Assembly: GCA_016839705.1 (NCBI GenBank)
Contig: JAEOTR010000080.1
Location: forward strand, 1-22,048
DNA: 22,048 nt
Source: Promethearchaeota archaeon
GTDB taxonomy: Archaea; Asgardarchaeota; Lokiarchaeia; Sigyniarchaeales; SOKP01
Direction of reading: 5' to 3'
Below, piece by piece: positions 17,164 to 22,048 of this stretch (position 1 is the stretch's first letter; each line of letters starts with the position of its first letter). The notes under the pieces are model-generated. The model searched no databases. It was not told the DNA's origin and worked only from the letters and a program-made list of their open reading frames with translations. Made by a program: the position numbers and the translations under genes.

Positions 17164-17183
17164 TATGGGAATTTTTTCCCATA
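17164..17183. promoter_or_regulatory. Palindrome TATGGGAA-TTTT-TTCCCATA (operator or 5'-UTR hairpin) of the wHTH-ZnA-gltB operon
   Basis: Perfect 8-bp arms, about 25-45 bp downstream of the candidate TATA at 17214..17207. Confidence 0.55.
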
Positions 17184-17206
17184 TTTATATAATAATACAC
17201 GTTGCT

Positions 17207-17220
17207 CTTTATAAAGTTAT
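17207..17220 (-). promoter_or_regulatory. Candidate BRE/TATA (ATAAC-TTTATAAA) for the wHTH-ZnA-gltB operon
   Basis: Consensus TTTATAAA on the minus strand, between the phased site array and the palindrome. Confidence 0.45.
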
Positions 17221-17595
17221 TGATCGTTTTTTAGTAAAATCGTCAAAATACTAAACATAAATATTAAAAACAATGGAAAAAGTGAACGATTCTAAAGATC
17301 TGGGTTAAATTTGTGAAAATCTTTTTTCTTTTGCATATCTATTATTTAAAATTAATGGTTTTAAGTGAACAAATTTTAAAAAAAAAATTGTTTTTGACAG
17401 AATTATATGTTATTCTTTAATAGAAGTGAAAATTATCTTAACTTATTTATATTCTATTGAAATAGTTTCAGGATTCTGCAAAGTAATTGTGTTAAGATCT
17501 GAACAAAACTGATTATGTACATAAATAATGTGAAATCTTTTTTGTAGGTAGAAATCTTAAATAAAAACTTATTATTAATCATTGAACAGAATTAA
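17221..17595. promoter_or_regulatory. Helically phased array of TGAA(C/A)-type 13-bp sites (putative Lrp/FFRP operators)
   Basis: Sites start at 17221, 17252, 17283, 17314, 17366, 17427, 17458 (perfect TGAAA-TAG-TTTCA), 17500, 17531 and 17583; spacings 31,31,31,52,61,31,42,31,52. Confidence 0.6.
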
Positions 17596-17613
17596 TTTTT
17601 TAAGACTCTTCAT

Positions 17614-18093
17614 CTATTCTTCAGTTATTAATTCTGCTAATGAGCTATTTTCTTTAATTATATTCAAAACTATATGAGTATTAGTGCGCTCAACAAAAGG
17701 TGATGCGTGAATGTTTTCTTTTATCATTTCACTAAGTTCTGATCTCGTTTTAAACCTAGCTAAAATAAGGGCGTCATAAGTTCCTGTAATATCATATACT
17801 GCAAATACATTAGGAATCTGTGCTATTTTTTTCTCTACTTCCAGCATTTTTCCTTTTGAAACTGTAATTTCAATAAGGGCAATGATATCATATCCTAATT
17901 TTTCGTAATCAATTTGAGCACCGTAATTCTTTATTATACCATTCTTTTCCAAATTCTCAACATGATTCTTGATTGTAACTGGAGATCCTACATCCAGATC
18001 TTTTGCAAGTTGACGAAGTGAGATTCTACCATCTTTGCTAAGATTAGTAAGGATTTTAATATCTAAATCAGAAAAATTCATCTTTGAGTTCAT
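17614..18093 (-). CDS. Lrp/AsnC family transcriptional regulator (Lrp-2)
   Basis: DLDIKILTNLSKDGRISLRQLAKDL...LEKNGIIKNY, VYDITGTYD, ERTNTHIVL. Start uncertain (18132, 18093 or 18081); 18093 chosen because TTTAATAA begins 31 nt upstream (leaderless geometry). Confidence 0.92.
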   Translation of the reverse strand: MNSKMNFSDLDIKILTNLSKDGRISLRQLAKDLDVGSPVTIKNHVENLEKNGIIKNYGAQIDYEKLGYDIIALIEITVSKGKMLEVEKKIAQIPNVFAVYDITGTYDALILARFKTRSELSEMIKENIHASPFVERTNTHIVLNIIKENSSLAELITEE

Positions 18094-18280
18094 AGTATTA
18101 GATAGCTTTAATTTCGTTATTAAATTATGCATTTGTTCATATCATACATAGAAAAATAACTAAATGATCATTATTTTTACCGACAAAAATTATTAACTTA
18201 ATCGATCATTCACTTTATTTAAGAATTATTGATCATTTATAAATCTTTTTTTCCATAAATGTTAACATTCGAGCTAGTCA

Positions 18281-18299
18281 ACAACAAGATTTTTAAATA
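18281..18299 (+). promoter_or_regulatory. Candidate BRE/TATA (ACAACAAGA-TT-TTTAAATA) for ZnB-glnA
   Basis: TTTAAATA preceded by a purine-rich stretch, about 135 bp upstream of ATG 18434. Confidence 0.35.
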
Positions 18300-18433
18300 T
18301 ACGATCACATTTAATATTTAAGAAAAAAAAATAGGTAAATAATCCATAAAAATATATTCATTGGAAAGAATATGGAAATTTCCTATTAATTAGAATGATA
18401 CAATAAAAATTACCAAAGTGTGAAAAAGAAAAG

Positions 18434-18805
18434 ATGGAGATAAAGTGCCCCATATGTGGAAAAAAATACCACTATGATAGAAAAATATGTCAAGATTGTG
18501 AAGACTATTCAATTTATAGTGGTGTGGCAAAGATTGGAGATAAAAACAATCATAAATGGAATTGCTCCGTGTTCTTAGGAATTGAGACTCTAGCATTTAG
18601 AGCAAGTAAATTCTGTGACTCGATTAAGAACTTGACTCCGGAACCAAACAATTTTATAATTAATGAAAGAAAATTATATGATTGGAATTCTGAAACCGCT
18701 AGTAGATTTAAGAGAAAAAAGGAGGGTTTCCCGATAAATATACCCCCCAGTAATTTTTCCACAATTAAGAAATACGGAAGTGATACTTCTCTCGTTTATG
18801 AATAG
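18434..18805 (+). CDS. Zn-ribbon hypothetical protein B, paralogue of 16540..16848
   Basis: CPICGKKYHYDRKICQDCE; ends 34 bp before the glnA ATG on the same strand. Confidence 0.85.
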   Translation: MEIKCPICGKKYHYDRKICQDCEDYSIYSGVAKIGDKNNHKWNCSVFLGIETLAFRASKFCDSIKNLTPEPNNFIINERKLYDWNSETASRFKRKKEGFPINIPPSNFSTIKKYGSDTSLVYE

Positions 18806-18839
18806 ATTAAATTGAAAAAAAATATTAAGGGTGAAAATT

Positions 18840-20189
18840 ATGATTGACAAAGAAGATCCAAAAAGGAAACAAATATGTGATGATGTAATAGAAACTATAA
18901 AGGAGGAAGATATAAAATATATTTATCTTCAATTTACAGATATTCACGGCATCATCAAAAGCTTTGAAATTAATTCAAAACGAATTGAAGATATTTTTGA
19001 AGTAGGTGAAAATTTTGATGGGAGTTCGATAACTGGTTATGGCGCAATAGAGGAAAGTGATAAAGTCGCTCTTCCTGACCCAAGCACATTTTATATTTTA
19101 CCATGGAGAAAAGAGAAAAAGGTAGCCAGGGTAATATGTGATATATTTAAACCTGATGGAGAGAGATATGAAGGGGATCCACGCGGTATTTTGCTAAGAG
19201 CCGTTAAAAAAGCAGAAGATCTAGGTTACAAATTTCAATGTGCCCCAGAAATGGAATTTTTCATACTGACCCCTGATACTAAACAGGAATTTAAACCTTC
19301 TGATATGAGAGGATATTTCGATTATGATCCTTATGATATTAGTGAGATGATTAGATACACAATTGCAGAATATTGCGATGCAATGGGGGTTAATGTTGAA
19401 TGTATCCATCATGAGGTTGCCTATGGTCAACATGAAATAGATTTTCGATACGATAAAGCTGTTGAAACAGCAGACAATACAATCACAATAAAAACAATAG
19501 TTAAAACTGTTGCAGCCCAAAATAACCTAATTGGCACATTTATGGCTAAACCATTTGATGGAATAAATGGGTCTGGTATGCATGTGCATCAATCTTTGTG
19601 GAAGAATGGAAATAATGTATTTTATGATAAAAATGATAAAGATAATATTTCATTAACAATGAAGAAATGGATCGCAGGACAATTAAAACACGCAAGATCT
19701 ATGTGTGCTGTTCTGAGCAGTTGGCCAAATTCCTATAAAAGACTTGTTCCAGGGTATGAAGCCCCCGTTTATTTAGCGTGGGGATTTAGGAATAGATCAC
19801 CATTAATAAGAGTTCCTGATTTTCATGGACGCCCTAATGCTGCAAGATGTGAGATAAGATGCCCAGATCCCTCTGGAAATCCTTATCTTCAATTTAGCGT
19901 GCTACTGATAGCTGGTTTAGAGGGTATTTTATCAGACGATATAGAAATTTCGGAACCAACAGATAGAAATGTTTATCATCTTTCTAGTAAAGAAATGGAA
20001 AAAGAAGGGATTATATCTCTGCCCGGAAGTCTACATGAAGCATTGATAGAATTTAAAAATTCAGAATTAATGAAAGAAGTCTTTGGAGAAACTGCATTTA
20101 AAAACTATTATTATGCCAAACTTGAAGAATTTGATGCCTATCGAGTTATTGTAAGTGAATGGGAAAGAAATCGTTATATAAGATTATAA
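18840..20189 (+). CDS. glnA: Glutamine synthetase type I (alpha-type length, ~449 aa)
   Basis: LQFTDIHG, FDGSSITG, APEMEFF, HHEVAYGQHEI, FMAKPFDGINGSGMHVHQS, SYKRLVPGYEAP, NRSPLIRVP, EIRCPDPSGNPYL. ATG 18840 is 7 nt after GGGT(GA). Confidence 0.97.
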   Translation: MIDKEDPKRKQICDDVIETIKEEDIKYIYLQFTDIHGIIKSFEINSKRIEDIFEVGENFDGSSITGYGAIEESDKVALPDPSTFYILPWRKEKKVARVICDIFKPDGERYEGDPRGILLRAVKKAEDLGYKFQCAPEMEFFILTPDTKQEFKPSDMRGYFDYDPYDISEMIRYTIAEYCDAMGVNVECIHHEVAYGQHEIDFRYDKAVETADNTITIKTIVKTVAAQNNLIGTFMAKPFDGINGSGMHVHQSLWKNGNNVFYDKNDKDNISLTMKKWIAGQLKHARSMCAVLSSWPNSYKRLVPGYEAPVYLAWGFRNRSPLIRVPDFHGRPNAARCEIRCPDPSGNPYLQFSVLLIAGLEGILSDDIEISEPTDRNVYHLSSKEMEKEGIISLPGSLHEALIEFKNSELMKEVFGETAFKNYYYAKLEEFDAYRVIVSEWERNRYIRL

Positions 20190-20242
20190 ATATTTAATTT
20201 ATTTTTTTTTTCAATTTTTTTAAAAAATTAGAGTGATTATTT

Positions 20243-21892
20243 ATGTCAAATAGAAAGTTAAATATTGTGATAGTTCAGATTAATCCAATCGTGGGTGATA
20301 TTGAAAATAACACTAATAAAATTATGGAAATCTCAGAAAAACACCAAGAAGCGGATATTATTGTATTTCCTGAAATGTCCTTAGTAGGATATCCCTTGAT
20401 GGATCATATCTTTGATCCTCTTGTAAGAAAAAAAAACCAAGATGCGATAGATAAAATTAAGAGATTAAACTCAAAAGCTACTATTATTTTTGGAACATTC
20501 ACCGAACCTCCAGAATTAACTGAAAATTTTCAGCCATTTTTCAATTCAGCATTAATTATAAAGGGCAAAGAAATTAAATATATTGAAAATAAACGTTTAA
20601 TACCTAATTATGACGTTTTTGATGAGCATCGATATTTTTCATTTGATATAAAGTTCAAACCTATAAAAATTCATGGTGTAAACGCAGGTATTTTAATCTG
20701 TGAAGACGTATGGGATGATACTTATGATCTAAAAGTTACAAATAATCTTGTATCAAATGGTGCTGAAATTTTAATTGTAATAAATGCATCCCCTTATCAT
20801 ATTAATAAGTTAGAATTAAGACACAATATAATTAAAAAAAAATCCAAAATGTTTGAAATCCCTATTGTTTATGGCAATATGGTTGGTGGCCTTGATGAGA
20901 TAGTTTATGATGGTCAGAGTTTTATTACAAATAAATTTGGACAAATAATTTTTCAAGCTAACGCATTTGAGGAGGATATTAGGAGTGTAGAGATTGAAAT
21001 GGATAATGCTCAAGAGATCCAAGAAAATCCTTCTAAATCAGATTGGAGAGAAAATGTAGTAAAAGCACTTAAATTAAATTTATTTGATTATTATCATAAA
21101 AGTGGAATATTTAAAGGAGTAGTTTTAGGATTGAGTGGGGGTATAGATTCAGCATTCACCGCATACATTTGCGCAGAAGCCTTAGGACCAGATAAAGTAA
21201 CCTGTATAATGATGCCTACACGCTTTACTTCACAAGATAGTCTAGATTTAGCTAAAAAATTATGTGATAATACAGGAATGAATTATATCACTCACCCGAT
21301 TGATGAAATCTTTGAGATCTATCAAAAAGATTTGGAAAGAAATTTGGGAAAATTGATTTTTGATGTCGCAGATGAAAATCTACAAGCTCGAATTAGAGCA
21401 AATCTATTGATGTATTATTCAAATAAATTCAATTGGTTGTTAGTCTCCACAGGAAATAAATCCGAGATTGGAGTTGGCTTCTGTACTTTATATGGTGATA
21501 CTTGTGGTGGTAAAAACGTACCTGGAGACCTTTTAAAAGTTCAAATTTATGATATTTGTAAGTGGATAAATAAAGAAAAAGAGATAATTCCAAAAAGGAT
21601 AATAGAGAGAACTCCAGCTGCAGAATTGCGTGAAAATCAGAAGGATAGTGATTCTATACCTCCATACGAAATCCTTGATCCAATATTAGAGGAAATAATT
21701 GAACATGGAATTGGTTCTGAATTTGAAAATTTAAAAAACAAGAATTTTGAGACTAATACTATCAATAAGGTAAGAAATCTATATTTAAATTCAGAATATA
21801 AACGGAGACAATTGGTTCAAACAATAAAAGTAAGTGAAAGCGCATTTGGGATTGGGAGAAGATATCCAGTATTAAAGAAAATAAAATTCTAG
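20243..21892 (+). CDS. nadE: Glutamine-dependent NAD+ synthetase (nitrilase-like glutaminase + synthetase)
   Basis: E-K-C triad contexts FPEM, KRLIPNYDVFDE, ICEDVW; LSGGIDS, ENLQARIR, TGNKSE, TLYGD, SEYKRRQ. Confidence 0.96.
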   Translation: MSNRKLNIVIVQINPIVGDIENNTNKIMEISEKHQEADIIVFPEMSLVGYPLMDHIFDPLVRKKNQDAIDKIKRLNSKATIIFGTFTEPPELTENFQPFFNSALIIKGKEIKYIENKRLIPNYDVFDEHRYFSFDIKFKPIKIHGVNAGILICEDVWDDTYDLKVTNNLVSNGAEILIVINASPYHINKLELRHNIIKKKSKMFEIPIVYGNMVGGLDEIVYDGQSFITNKFGQIIFQANAFEEDIRSVEIEMDNAQEIQENPSKSDWRENVVKALKLNLFDYYHKSGIFKGVVLGLSGGIDSAFTAYICAEALGPDKVTCIMMPTRFTSQDSLDLAKKLCDNTGMNYITHPIDEIFEIYQKDLERNLGKLIFDVADENLQARIRANLLMYYSNKFNWLLVSTGNKSEIGVGFCTLYGDTCGGKNVPGDLLKVQIYDICKWINKEKEIIPKRIIERTPAAELRENQKDSDSIPPYEILDPILEEIIEHGIGSEFENLKNKNFETNTINKVRNLYLNSEYKRRQLVQTIKVSESAFGIGRRYPVLKKIKF

Positions 21893-22048
21893 CTGGTTAA
21901 GAGTAACCTATTAAAATTGATTCGATTAGATTCTTTTTCTTTAAATTTTTCTATAACAACTAAAAGAAATTAAAAATTAGACTCCAATTTAATTTAATAT
22001 AAAATTAGTATAATTATTATAATACTAGATTTTTTTAAAATATAAAAA

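Noticed and set aside
17221-17595. CRISPR array or tandem repeat reading of the periodic motifs
   Set aside because: Only 5-6 bp are conserved per unit and spacing varies by helical turns; no 25-40-bp repeats and no cas genes.
18300-18433. Known glutamine riboswitch or exact NrpR operator (GGAA-N6-TTCC) upstream of glnA
   Set aside because: No exact GGAA-N6-TTCC seen (GGAAATTTCC has the wrong spacing), and I could not recognise the cyanobacterial glnA-motif consensus. An Infernal/Rfam scan would be decisive.
18390-21022. Minus-strand ORFs 18390..18596, 18550..18762, 19221..19520 and 20816..21022
   Set aside because: Antisense to Zn-ribbon B, glnA and nadE.

Overview
AT-rich archaeal chromosomal window with TATA-like promoters, GGTGA-type Shine-Dalgarno (SD) sites and Lrp/AsnC regulators. 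Gene style suggests Lokiarchaeia/Asgard, but that is inference. It is a glutamate/glutamine (nitrogen assimilation) neighbourhood: gdhA (5' part), Lrp-1, several small hypotheticals, a universal stress protein, a four-gene flavin/Fe-S operon, guaA, pepF, a SAM methyltransferase, a stand-alone FMN-domain glutamate synthase, Lrp-2, glnA and glutamine-dependent nadE. Main candidate novelties: (1) two paralogous, unassigned Zn-ribbon proteins, one directly in front of glnA and one directly in front of the glutamate synthase gene, in a divergent GS/GOGAT unit that also holds an uncalled 71-aa winged-helix-like ORF; (2) helically phased TGAA(C/A) arrays with nearly identical spacing (134/30-31/52 bp) upstream of gdhA and of the glutamate synthase operon, each next to an Lrp gene; (3) a HydABC/Bfu-type module whose cofactor-less A subunit is fused to NfnA(S), followed by intact NfnB(L), so two bifurcation-type modules are joined; (4) the two best SD sites upstream of genes point at ATT/ATA start codons. 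No rRNA, tRNA, CRISPR array or mobile element was recognised.
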